Part shown: piece by piece, positions 42,501 to 56,600 of the stretch
How positions within the stretch are numbered: the stretch's first letter is position 1
How the letters are laid out: every line of letters starts with the position of its first letter
From: Octopus sinensis
Taxonomy: Eukaryota
Length of the DNA: 64,000 nucleotides
Direction of reading: 5' to 3'
Assembly: GCF_006345805.1 (NCBI RefSeq)
Contig: NC_043005.1
Span: 90,892,001-90,956,000 of the forward strand
Translations under genes and position numbers: made by a program
The notes under the pieces: model-generated
Seen by the model: the letters and a program-made list of their open reading frames with translations, nothing else
Database searches by the model: none
What the model was told of the DNA's origin: nothing

Positions 42501-45312
42501 TTTTTCAACTTAAACAGTTCCTGTGGTACCAGATAATGTGTTTGTTACAAGATCAAATGAAGAAGTTGAGGACAGTAGCAGGCAGATTGCTATAAACCTG
42601 CCCAGTAAGTTCTTTAGAGATTTCACATTTGGAAGACCAGTACAATGGGGCTTGGTCATTGCTCTGTCTGAAGCTGTTAACGAAAGTGGTAAGTTATTGC
42701 TAGTTGTTCTTAATATAACTTGATTAGTGTTAACTGAGCAAATAATAAATGCAAAGGTTTTAGGACTTGGGATTTAGTTCAGAACAGCCAATATTGCAAC
42801 AGGCTTTTTTCAAGGAATGTATTTTTTTGTTTTCATTTCTGGGTGTATATGATCCAATAAAAGTACCAAATAATAACTGGACCACTTCTCCAATGAAGGA
42901 TATTTGTCAGTCAGTTGCTCTATGCTCTAAAATTTAAACTACAGGTCCCTTCAAGGCTTAGAAGGGATTTGCTTTTTTTCTGATTTTCAAATACTAAAAG
43001 TGTCTTTAAAAATTAATTAACATTTAGTATTTTTCGAGTCAAAGGCAGTGAGCTGGCAGAATTGTTAGCAAGATAATCAACTTACCACCTCCTCTGAAAC
43101 TGCTGGCCTTGTGCCAAAATTTGATGTCAATATTTGTCAAATCAACAATAATAGCAATGCAGATTATACAGCATCTTGTATATCTTACTTTACATGGATA
43201 TATAGTACTATATAGTACTAAAGTCACAATACTGTGATATTTGTCTTGAGAAGGCATCTCATATAGGCATATAATGTTAAAAAGCACAAACATATTAGTA
43301 GGATATGAAAAGTTTCTAGCAGTGGTAGCAGAATTGCTAGATCTGAAATTTCTGCATGTTTGCACATCATCAGTAGCATCAATTACATAATAAGACAAAT
43401 TTCAACAACATGCTTAGACAAATTTTACCTCTACTGATACTGAGAAACAGTTATTACCAAATCACTGATGTCACAAATATCTGGTATGTTAGGGTTTTCA
43501 TACAGTATATCCATGTAAAGTAAGATATACAGAAGGATATTCTGAACTGATACAGCTTTTATCATTAACAAATTTTTACCCAGCCTACCAGCTATTTGTG
43601 ATACCAACAATTTCTTAATCACTGTTTTTCTATATCAGTGGAAGTGAAATTTGTCTAAGCATGCAGTGGATGTGAATATTTGCTATAGAGAGGATCTAGC
43701 AATTCCACCATCACTTCTGGGTAACTTTCATTTCCTACTAGTATTTCTGTGCTTTTTAGCACTACATATCTTATATGAGGTACTTCCTCAAAATGAATGT
43801 AATAGCGTTGTAGCTTTCTTATATCCATATTAAGTAAGGTATACAAAATGCTATACTGTATGGATTCTGTTTCCATCAGTAATCGTGAATAGCAGACAAA
43901 ACGTTTTACAATATTTACTTATATCCCACAAAATTCTCAAGTCATAAACAACAAGGCTTGATTTTTTTTCATCCTTACATCATCATCATCATCGTTTAAC
44001 GTCCGCTTTCCATGCTAGCATGGGTTGGACAATTTGTCTGAGGGCTGGCGAACCAGATGGCTGCACCAGGCTTCAATCTTGATCTGGCAGAGTTTCTACA
44101 GCTGGGTGCTCTTCCTAACACCAACCACTCCAAGAGTGTAGTAGGTGCTTTTATGTGCCACCGGCACAGGTGCCAATCAGGCAGCACTGGCAACAACCTC
44201 GCTCAAATCTTTTACACATGCCACCGGCACGGGTGCCAGTAAAGCAATGCTAGTAAAATAAGTACTATCAATGATTTAGGTTTATTTAATCAATCAAACA
44301 CCAAATTTATCATCATTTATCATTCCTGTTTTTCCTAACTTGACATAAATAGGCTATGTCTTTTATATATCATCCTGTCAGCCATCTTAGTTCTAGATCT
44401 TCTGATCTGTGAAACTCAACACTCATAATGTGTTTAACCTTAAGATTTAGGGGAAAATTAAAATGTCATTAAGTTCATTTTTTATCTTTTATTTCATAAT
44501 CTCAATAAATAATCAACTCCAGTTGGAATGAGTCCACCATACGAGCATGATCGTCGACAGAGTGGCTAACTGGCTTCCGTGCCAGTGGCACATAAAAGAC
44601 ACCATCCGAGTGTGATCGTTGCCAGAGCGGCTAACTGGCTTCCGTGCTGGTGGCATGTAGAAGGCACCATTCGAGTGGGATCGTTACTAGCATCGCCTTA
44701 ATGGCACCTGTGCCGTTGGTATGTGTAAAAAATTCGAGCAAGGTCATTGCCAGTACTGCCTGATTGGCCCCCGTGCCGGTGTCACGTAAAAAGCACCCAC
44801 TACACTCTCGGAGGGGTTGGCGTTGGCGTTAAGAAGGGCATCAAACTGTAGAAACTCTGCCAGATCAAGACTGGAGCCTGGTGCAGCCATCTGGTTCGCC
44901 AGCCCACAGTCAAACCGTCCAACCCATGCTAGCATGGAAAGTGGACGTTAAATGATGATGATGATGATGATGATTTTGCTTCTCAGATAACTTATTTGAA
45001 TAGTTTCTTGTTAATGGCAGAATGCTACACTTGTTTTTAAGTTAAGAAGACAGATTCCTTCAAACTATATTCCTTGAATTGTAGACCACTTTTATATATT
45101 TATTTTGATTTGAATTTAATTTGTTCATTAATCCTTTGCCAGATCAGGAACATTCACAACTTTATCCAAGAGAGCTAAAAGAATGGAAAGAGGTATATGA
45201 TAAAGAAACTGCATATTCTTACCGACCAACACCAACTGACTGGAAGCCACCTTCTATTCTGAGTAACGGTAAGCTATCCGAATGTAGTAGTAGTAGCAGT
45301 AGTAGTAGTAGT

Positions 45313-45390
<78 letters not shown>

Positions 45391-46814
45391 TTTGTTGTAG
45401 TTGTACCACCACTACCTCCATCACTATCGCCATCATCACTGCAGATGTTAGCTTAAGCGAAAGCCATTTTGCAGTCACTACACAAGTTAGAAATAACAGC
45501 TACATTTTTCTCATGTCATTACTTACTGTCTTACCAAAATGGAACACACTGGATTAAATAGTCTTAATAGTACACCATAGACAGACTGAAAGGCAAAATG
45601 TATGGTCATGAACAGAATGTTTTTTTTTATTTTATATTTTAATCATAGAACTGCATATTCAGGGCTGACCAACAATTAAACAACAACAATACAAACAGTA
45701 CACACAACTTATATCATAACATTTTCTAATTTAAGTGCATTGCCTACAATTTTCAGTAGTGGGGCTTAATCAACCATCATCACCTCCAGTACTTAACTGA
45801 TACCGAGGGGGGAAAGGCAAAGTTGACCTCAGTGAGTTTTGAACTTGGAGCATAATAAACAAGAATAAATACTGGTTTCCTATCTATGTTAAAACTTATT
45901 ATTATCATAATGACAGACTTGTTTGTATGTTAGGCAAAATAGCAGAATTTCTTCCAGCATTAAGGGTCAATAAAATAAGTCCCATATTGGGATTGATGTA
46001 ATTGACTATGCCCTCCTACAAAATTTCAGGCCTTGTGCCTATAGTGAAAAAGTTTTAAAATGCCGGGCAAAAATCAGGTATAGCTGATCATGTATGGAAA
46101 AATGGAGACCACCTCCCGCTGTGGGATGAAGTTAAGATAATCAACAGAGAACACCACTGGAAAATATGACAATTAAAAGAGGTTGCACTTATGTTAGGAC
46201 ACAATAACCTCCTAAGCAGACCTATTGTAGATATGAATGTAATATGGGAACCAGTTATAAGGAAATATAAAATACTAGGTTTATAAGCTCTAAAATTCAC
46301 TCTGTAGTTGCCCACAGATAGATAGCATAGTGGATAACAGCACGGGCTACTAACACATGGATTGTAAGTTCAATCCCAGGCAGGAACTTGAAAAATAAGA
46401 TCAACAGAAAAACAATATCAGTAACAACCTTAGGAATGAACAGTCTACCCCATTAGTCAAATAAAGGGTTGGATTTGAAATTCCACCAGAACACCTGATG
46501 AAGACTGGGAGTACATCAGCCAAAACATTGTGATACCAATAAACAAGGTGAGGGCACCTATCCATCCATTGTAAATTATGTTCATAATTTCTCATCTCAG
46601 AAATATAGGCAAAATGCTTAGTGGCATTTCGTCCAGCTTTACGTTCTGAATTCAAATTTTGTCATGGTTAACTTTACCTTTCATACTTTCAAGGTCGATA
46701 AATTAAGAACCAGTGAAACACTGGGGTCAATGTAACTGATTAGTACCCTCCCACCAAATTTTAGGCCTTGTGCCTTTAGTAGAAAGGATTCTTGTTGTTG
46801 TTGTTGTTGTTATG

Positions 46815-46846
<32 letters not shown>

Positions 46847-47241
46847 CATTATTATTATTATTATTATTATCATTATTATTATTGAGTGAGAGAGCAGTGC
46901 ATGCCATCAAAGTGACACTGGGGTAAAATGTACAAAGCTCAGTATACCCATCATGACTACCCATCTGATAAGGGTACACTAGGCACATGCATCACAACCA
47001 AATGTGTGCGACGTGGTGATCTCATATCAAGATAAACAGCACATGACTTTTCAGGTGGGGCCCAATTAGAATTTTCTTCTGGTCGAGTAACCCATCGCAC
47101 TCAAAAGGTCCCTGAATAAGGATTGTTTAAGGATGCTTCCAGAGGTGAATTATTCAAATCCCAAAGAATCCCTCTCAACACATGGCTATGATGCTCCCCA
47201 ACTACTGCTCATATCGTCAGCCACTAAGAGACATGCCCAAC

Positions 47242-47295
<54 letters not shown>

Positions 47296-48472
47296 GTTAT
47301 TATTATTATTATAATTATTCAGGCAGCAAGCTGGCAGAATCATTAGCATGCTGGACGAAATGCTTAGCGGTATTTCATCTATTTCAATACTTTCTGAGTT
47401 CAAATGTCACTGTGGTTGGCTTTACCTTTCTTCCTTTTAGGATCACTAAAATAAGTACAAGATGAGCACTAGAGCCACCATAAATGACTGGATCCCACAC
47501 CTCAAAATTTCAGGCCTTATGCATATATCAGATATAACTGTGCCAAAATATGAAATCATTATCAGTGGTTAGGGTTTTGCACTCATAACTGCGAGATCAT
47601 TGTTTCAATTCCTAGACCGGGTGGTGTCTTGTATTCTTGAATAAAATGCTTCATCTCACATTGTTCAACGACCACTTTGAAACCTGATGCAGGGTACACA
47701 GGCACCTGTTCAAACGTTGATTAGAAGGAGAGAGCAAGCTAAGGTGCAACATGAACATTTGATCGCTATAAACAAATCATTTGTGCAGGTCATTCAGCAA
47801 AAGCCGGACGTTCATATGTTGCCTTTGACAGGAGAGACCGTCATTGTTATTAATATTATTAGCGTCATTCTCATCATCATCATCATCATCATCATCATTA
47901 TTATTATCAGGGTCGTAAATGGCACAATTAGCAGAGTACCAAACAGATTACTCTTTTGTATTTAGTTTTGTTCTGAGTTCAAATTCTGCCAAGACCAACT
48001 GGCAGAATAGTTAGCATGCTGGGCAAAATGCTTAGTGGTATTTCGTTTTCCGCTACGTTCTGAGTTCAAATTCCGCCGAGGTCGACTTTACCTTTCATCC
48101 TTTCGGGGTCGATTAAATAAGTACCAGTTACACACTGGGGTTGATATAATCGACTTAATCCATTTGTCTGTCCTTGTTTGTCCCCTCTGTGTGTAGTCCC
48201 TTATAGGCAGTAAAGAAATAAGACTAACTGATAATCCTTACAGTGTTTATAAAGTAAAGTACTGTGGTTGACTTAATTGACTATACCCTTCCGATGAAAT
48301 ATGTAATCTGTGCCTTTGCTAAAAATCATTACTAATTTCCAATTTTGACACAAGGTCACACATTGTGAATGGTAGACAGTCACTTCTAAGACCTCTAGTA
48401 CTATGCTATCCACCTAAATAGCAGGAAGTTGTTCACAAACATAATCTAAACTTGAACCACACAAACATGCTA

Positions 48473-48507
<35 letters not shown>

Positions 48508-50421
48508 TTTTGTTTTTTTACTGATACTACAATGGTTTCTGCTTTTTAGAGATAGCCATTCTCATGTCGCATCCATTTAAGCTCATTTTGATCACTTTAC
48601 TCTTTTCCTCTCATTTCTCATATTGTGTGGCCCCTTCCTATTTTATGCACTAACAACTTTTTCTAGTTATTCCTTCTCAGAACATCAGTCTATGAATTTT
48701 TTCTTCAGCTATCACCTGGTAGTTCTTTAAGAAAAACATTAATAACATGTATGTCCCGAGGTACAGAGGGCCAACAATGGCCATGAGTACAGCTCTTTTC
48801 TCTGAACCAATTTCATATTTGTTGTTTTTTTCAATTTCAGTAATAAAAAAAAAATGAAAAATGGAAAATGAAAAACAAAGCCATCATCTTAAGGATTTGA
48901 ACTCAGAACATAAAAGATATACTAACTCAAATCATAAAAGACATTTTATGTGATTCAATGCCAAATGTACCAATCCACCACCCTTAATGTTGTGTAATCA
49001 ATATTCTGCAGTAGTACTATTTTCCAGCAATTTCTTTGTTCTTTACAGACATGAACACTATTTACATACTTGGCGCTGAAGAGGATTGTGAAGATACCAA
49101 AATATATTGCAATGGCTATTTGAAACCCGACAGATATTACCGGTGAGTTACAGTAACAACAACAACACTGTGCAGACCTATGATCAAGACCATTCCAACC
49201 ATGATCATCCTGTATTTTTAAGTGCAGGAAACCAGGAACCAATTATTTAGTGTAACATTTTTCAGATAGTAGAATGTAATTTAAGAAAGAATTGGTTGCT
49301 ATTTCTAGCAGGTCAGATGACTGCATATTCAAATAGTGTAATGTATGTTTGTTGTACTTTAGATGAAGAAAGTAAAAAAACAACAGTGCTTGAAGCTAAT
49401 CCTTACAGAGTAGATATTGTTGTTGTTTAGCTTCAATCCTGATTGAACAGACCTATGGTCAAAGCATTCCAACCATGGCCTTCATGTCTTTTTAGAAGAG
49501 TTCTCCTTTTTTGAAGACTGGAGAGTGTGATTTGAGGGAAATTTAGATGCTATTAAAAGGTCGCCTGACTGCAGATTGATGCCAGTATGGGAAAATATAG
49601 AAAATTGTGGAAAAAGAGAAAAAAATTAGAAAAATATGGGAAGATGTGGGAGATATGGAGAGAAAAAGAAATCCAAGAATTATGACTCTTGGAGGAAAAG
49701 ATTGGTTGGGAGTATTCAATATGGGGCCCAGAGATGGAAATACACTTGGGTTGAGGTATGAAAGAAGGCAGGTGCATCTAGTGTTTGGTTGTCGTTTTTT
49801 AGAGGGCACATCTAGTTTTCTAGATCAAAACAGGAGAAGCTAATGTTGTAAAGATAGAAAAGGCAGAGAGAGACTTGATACAGCATATCAGTTGGTTAAG
49901 AGCAGTTGTATATTGGTGAATGAAGGATTGCCTAATGGTGTGACGGCATTTGGTTCAATATGCTGGTAATGGTTGTACTGCACCAGATGGGTGAAGGTAA
50001 ATTTCAACATTGGTTTCTTATTCAGTTAAATTCAATCCAGTTTATACATGTTTAAATGTTTGTACACACAGCACACACACACAAATATACATGTATAATA
50101 TATATAGGGGGGGGGGGCAAATAAACTTTACTATTTGGTACTGTTACAGTACATCTCTTGCCCAGAGATTTAAAACAAGTTGTTTTTCTCTTTATATATA
50201 TATTCTTTTATTTCTGTCAGTCATTTCACTGCGACCATGCTGGAGCACTGCCTTTAGTTGAACAAATTGGCCCCAGGACTTATTCTTTGTAAGCCTAGTA
50301 CTTATTCTATCAGTCTCTTTTGCTGAACCGCTAATTACAGGGATGTAAACATACCAACATCAGTTGTCAAGTGATGTTGGGGGACATGTATAGACACAAA
50401 TACATACATACATATGTATAT

Positions 50422-50507
<86 letters not shown>

Positions 50508-53045
50508 TAAGAAAGTTTGTTTGGTAAAGCACGTGGTGAATATATAAGAAAATAGTAAAGTGTGAAAAAACGACAGAAGGCTTAAATGTTAAAAAATATA
50601 TATATTTGTGTCAAAATGTCTGGAGAATATTGGAAAACTTTTTTTTCCTTTCCTTAAAATGACATAATTTTAAAATTTTTAAAGAAATTACCGGTTTCGC
50701 GTGTAGCTTTTCAAATTTCTTGTGACCAGAAATTTGAAAAGCTACACGCGAAACCGGTAATTTCTTTAAAAATTTTAAAATTATGTCATTTTAAGGAAAG
50801 GAAAAAAAAGTTTTCCAATATTCTCCAGACATTTTGACACAAATATATATATTTTTTAACATTTAAGCCTTCTGTCGTTTTTTCACACTTTACTATTTTC
50901 TTATATATATATATATATATACATACTAGCTTAAGGTGACCTGCTCTACGCGCGGGTAAGAGTATGGTTGCTACTTTCTGTTGCTTCCTTTCGGCACGTA
51001 AAAAGCACCAACCATTCGTGGCCCCTGTCCCCCCCCCCCGGCACCTGTGCTGGTGGCACGAAAAACCCCCACTACACTCATGGAGTGGTTGGTGTTTGAA
51101 GGGCATCCAGCTGTAGAAGCACTGCCAGATCAGACTGGAGCCTGGTGCAGTCTCCTGGCTTCCCAGAACCCGGTCAAACCGTCCAACCCGTGCTAGCATG
51201 AAAAACGGACGTTAAACGATGATGATGATGATGATTCTCCCTCTTTGTTTCTCTCTCCTTTCTCTCTCACTTTCCCACTGTCTTACTCTTCCTTTCTCTC
51301 GGACTCTCCCTCGCTTTCTCTTACTCTATCTTTATCTATCTCACTCCCATTTATAAACAAAAGATCTTGAGTAAGTTAAGAAAGAAATATATTTTCAAAG
51401 ATCAATCATAAATATCAGGCAATGACAACGGAAAGGTCTGCTTCAAGGCAGACAGCAAAACACTAACATTTAAAAGGGAAAGACGAACTTGCTAGCTGAA
51501 TAAAAATAATAAAATATTGGAAACCAAAGTTTGAAGGGATAGAATCTGAGGATAGTAGAGTCACCATGGCTGGCATTTCTTAATGACGGACAGCAATATA
51601 GTGGCAGCTTAACGGCTGGCGTAAAATTTTGAACTTGATGTAAAAGAAAATTCCTAAACACCAAATTTTGAAGTGATTCTTTCTCATGACAGTAGACTCA
51701 CCATGGCAAGCATTCAAAACTTCTTCATCATGGACGGCAACACATTGAGGATTAAAAGGCTGGTGCAAATTTTTTAGCTTGATGTAACAGAGAATTCCTA
51801 AACACCCGCTCCTGTAAATTTTAATCCCCTTCCAGCCCCATTTTGACCCCTTTTCACTGTTAGGCAAATCAAACAGTGAAAAACATAAACCAAAACATAA
51901 AAATAAAAATATAATATACAAAATATATAAAATATAAAATTTTAAAATTTAAATTATTTAAATTTAAAATTAAAATTATTAATTTATATTTATAATTTTT
52001 TTTAAAATATATATAACTATCAAAAAGTATTAAAAAGTTGAATATACATAAATACAGATATATACACTTTGTATATATACATTATATATACATATTTATA
52101 TATAGAACACACACACATATATATAAATTAACCCAATAAATATCTCATTCATAATATTTGTTCTCATGATTGTGTGGTGATGGTTGTGGCGATGATAATT
52201 CTCTCTATGAATGCAGACAGACGTAGAGAGATAGAGAGAGAGAGAGAGAGTGTGAAAGCACTGTCGAAGGCGGGGAGGGGGAGATATAGAACACTGTGAA
52301 ATGACGTTATAAAGAGATAGTGAAGTATTTATAGGTATGTATATATATATATAGAGAGAGAGAATTATGAGTCAGAGGTTATGCAACTATCTGAGGGATG
52401 AATGCATCTGTAGGTGCTACTGGTGCATTACTTAACTATGTATAGGCCTTGCTGTAAGGTTAACAGTAGTTGTTGTTGTTAAGCAACAAGACGGGTAAGG
52501 GTGATTAGGTGATGGTCTAGGGCTTAGGGGCGGGAGACCCCAGACCTTGGGGAAAAAAAAAAAACTTTGGTCGTCTTGTTGTAGTTGAGGGTACATCGTT
52601 GACACCCAACACCACTGGGAGGTGGCTTCGAAGTCGCTGGAAATGGAGATCTCCAGATCCAAATTATTGAACAGCTAACAGTAGTTGGTAATTTAAGGGC
52701 AAACCATGATTTAATATATTCAGATAAGATTAGAGAAGAAATAGAGCAACATGAAACAATTACAAGTTGATCGTTAGTACTGAATGATCATAGTTTAATT
52801 ACGGTTAAGATAACATTCACGACGGTTTCAGTTTGTTAATTTTGAGGTAAACTTGCATTTATCTCGTTCCATGTAACAAACATCATCAGAATGGTTTGAA
52901 CTTTACCAGAGGAATATTGACAGAAGGTCAGAGGTTGAGAGGAGAAAAAAGGAAAAAGGAAGAGAAAAAAGAAAAGGAAAAGCTGTAAATGGAAACATGG
53001 AAAGCAGACATTAAATGACAGCGACAATGATGATGATGATATATA

Positions 53046-53095
<50 letters not shown>

Positions 53096-53604
53096 TATAT
53101 ATGTACATCACCTTCATCATGATCCTCAGTATTTAACGTCCTCCTTCCATGCTGGCATGGGTCAGAGGGTTTCACAGGGGCTGACAAGTCAGAAGGTTGC
53201 ACCAAGCTCTACTGTCTGCTTTAACATGGTTTCTATGGCTGGATGCCCTTCCTAATGCCAACCACTTTGCAGGCCATTGAGCATGTATAGACGGTTTGTC
53301 TGGTAACTGACCAGCCAAAGTCAACTGCTGCACGAACTTATGCCTCTTACTTTGGTTATGGAATTCAATGACTGCTACAAACTACTGTCATTGCTAATGT
53401 ATACATCTTGCATGGTCACATATGGGGAGAATTCACAAAAAAACAAAAGACAAAGACAGGTGTATGAACAACAAGAAGGTGTATTAGTTTGACATTCAGG
53501 AAAGTGAGAATGTCTTTTATGTTTCGAGCTTATGCTCTTCAGCAGAAAGGAATAAGAGAAAATAAACAGAGAAGGATTTAGCGATCAGGCATGGCGACTG
53601 GTTA

Positions 53605-53656
<52 letters not shown>

Positions 53657-56600
53657 AGAGAATTCACAAAAAAAAACAAAAAAACGAAGACAGGTGGTGT
53701 AGACAACAAACAGATGTATTAGTATAACACTCAGGAAGTGAAAAAGTCTTTAATGTTTCGAGCCTATGCTCTTCAACAAAAAGGAACATAGAAAGAAACA
53801 AGGAGAGAAAATAAAGAATGTGTAGTGGCTAGCGATCTATCATGAACTGACTCACTTGATGTAAATATCTTTTTCCTGTTATGTTGCAATGACAACATCT
53901 TTTTTTTGTTTTGTTTGTTTTGTTTATTGTTAATTATTAATAGATGTGTTTGTATTTGGACTTCATACACAGATTTTTGTTCTTCTGTTAATCAATCATA
54001 TAGGTTATCATTGCAGACATCATCATTGTCATCATGAAAGTCACTAACACCACCACCACCACCACCACCATTATCATCACCGCTACCACCACTACCACTA
54101 TTACCACCATCACACCAACACCACCACTACCACCATTGCCATTATCATCATCATCATCCTTTTTATTTAGTTTTTTAGTCATTGCAACAAACTAATGATC
54201 TTGAATTTAATTATTTTTCATACAATTTAAAAAGTTGAGTTTTGTTTTGTACATGTTTCCTTTTATTCTTATTTCATGTATATATATATATAGACATACA
54301 TATATAGGCGTAGGAGTGGCTGTGTGGTAAGTAGCTTGCTTACGAACCACATGGTTCTGGGTTCAGTCCCACTGCATGACACCTTGGGCTAGTGTCTTCT
54401 ACTATAGCCTCGGCCAACCAAAGCCTTATGAGTGGATTTGGTAGACAGGAACTGAAAGAAGCCTGTCGTATATATGTATATATATATGAGTGTGTGTGTG
54501 TGTGTGTATGTTTGTGTGTCTGTGCTTGTCCCCCCCAACATTGCTTGACAACCGATGCTGGTGTGTTTACGTCCCCGTAACTTAGCGGTTTGGCAAGAGA
54601 GACCAATAGAATAAGCACTAGACTTACAAAGAATAAGTCCTGGGGTTGATTTGGTCGACTAAAGGCGGTGCTCCATCATGGCCACAGTCAAATGACTTAA
54701 ACAAATAAAAAGAAAAAAGAAAATGCACACACACATATATATATTAATCTTTATTTTCTTTCTGTTTCTCTAGTGTCAAAGCTTTCATGTGCACAAAGGG
54801 AGGATGTTCAGCAACCAAGTATTCAGCACGAATGCATACAGGTGCGACACCACCATCATCTTATTTTTCTTTCTTGCAACTCATTAACTTATTTCTATCA
54901 CTTGTTCTAAACCCCATGTTGTTTGAAACAGGGTTCCATGAAAAACTCCTACTATCAACAACAATAAAAGCCCTCCTCTCACTAGCTAACGTGAGATCCT
55001 CTCCTTAAAATCACACTCTCCTACATTAAAACAGGAAAGCCACATTGGATGACTGAAGATTTATTACAAAGGCAAAATGTAAAAACATAAACAATGCATA
55101 CTGCATCAAGTAAAAGTATAAAATAAAATATGTGTGGTAAGAAACTTGCTTCCCAGCCACATGGTACTGGGTTCAGTCTCATTGCGTGACACCTTGGGCA
55201 AATGTCTTCTACTATAGCCTCAATCTAACCAAAGCCTTGTGAGCGAATTTGGTAGACAGAAACCTATAGAAGCCTGTCGTGCGCGCTCGTGTGTGTGTGT
55301 GTGTGTGTGTTTATACATGCAAAACCACGCTAATAGCTTAGAAGTGAAATTTAGGATTTCTTGGTTTTCTGTAAGTCGATTTTGATAAAACTTTTCCCAA
55401 TTGGTTTGCACACTATGGCAACACCATTGTTATGTTTTCATTATTTTGTGTAATATCCTTTCTTTTTTATTTCAGATTCTTCAGTTTTGGGGTGAACCAC
55501 ACTAATATCTTTTGAATGAAAAATGAAGGTTAATGATACATATAAAACATACATTGAGTGTATATTTAACACAAAACCTTAATAATATTATAACATTCAT
55601 TGACATAATGAATTATTTAGTCACATGAACACCATTTCAACGGATAACTTCAAAAACCCTATTAGTCATGGAAACTGTCAATTCCTTAATAGTAGCTGGG
55701 TGCTGCAGCTTTGATGGTTACCCATAAGATATCTTTTGATGTAAACTGGCGCCCATCGGCATTAACATCTTGTTTAATGATGGACCAAAGATTTTTGGTA
55801 GGGTTGCGATCCAGAGAGGCTAGTGGCCACATTGTATGCCGTAAGACCCTAGGAGTGTTTGGGTCATCCTGGCAGAGTGGAACGAAGCAATGTCATGCAT
55901 GAATACAAAATTCCTTCAGGAGATTGCAGTAGGTGGCTGCAGTCACTTTAACCTCCTCAAGCCCCTTGACTGGGCCAACAAGCCTGTCCCCAATGATATC
56001 AGCCCACAACAGGACTCTTCCACTCTGTTGTTGATGTCATAAACTTTGGTGATGCTCATCTCCAAAATAAACCCAAACATTTGCCCAACTTTCAGGTTCG
56101 TCAAGGATCGCCCTGGTTTTGTTAGTGAAAAAAAACACAACTCATGTCTGATGTCATGTACTTTTGGGTCCATTGAAGCCTCAAATACTTGTGAGGAGGC
56201 AGTTTCTGGGATTCTCGCATGGAAGCCATGGTCTCAAGGAAATGATTTCTGGTGGTTTTCAGTATATGAGAAAGTCCAGAGGTGGTGTAAATGGCTCTGC
56301 TTGTTTGCCCAGGTTTCCCATATAACTTGTGATCAATATTCCTTAAATCCCTAGTTGTCATAGTCTTAGAGGTCTCACAATTGAATCGTTTCTTCTTTGG
56401 TGCTAATGTACCTAAATAATTCATTATGTCAAAAAATTTTATAATATTATTATGGTTTTCTGTTAAATACATACTCAATATATAGATAATATGTATCATT
56501 ACCCTTCATTTTCTGAAAAAATGTCTGGATGGGCTATTTTCATTCAAAAGCTGTGAGCATTGTTCACCCAAAAACTGAAGAATCGGAAGTAAAAAAGAAA

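Noticed and set aside
43039-43876. Three adjacent minus-strand ORFs resembling a membrane protein or nested GPCR-like gene
   Set aside because: They are in different frames, have no recognisable motifs, and lie on the arms of an inverted repeat.
45269-45456. In-frame read-through of exon 17 into (AGT/AGC)n, giving a soluble poly-Ser-tailed ectodomain
   Set aside because: Two of three frames of such a repeat are open by chance, and the donor gtaagc is strong.
54306-54385. tRNA-like sequence with A and B boxes (and equivalents in other copies)
   Set aside because: No complete cloverleaf, and it runs into a repeated body and tail, so it is a SINE head rather than a tRNA gene.
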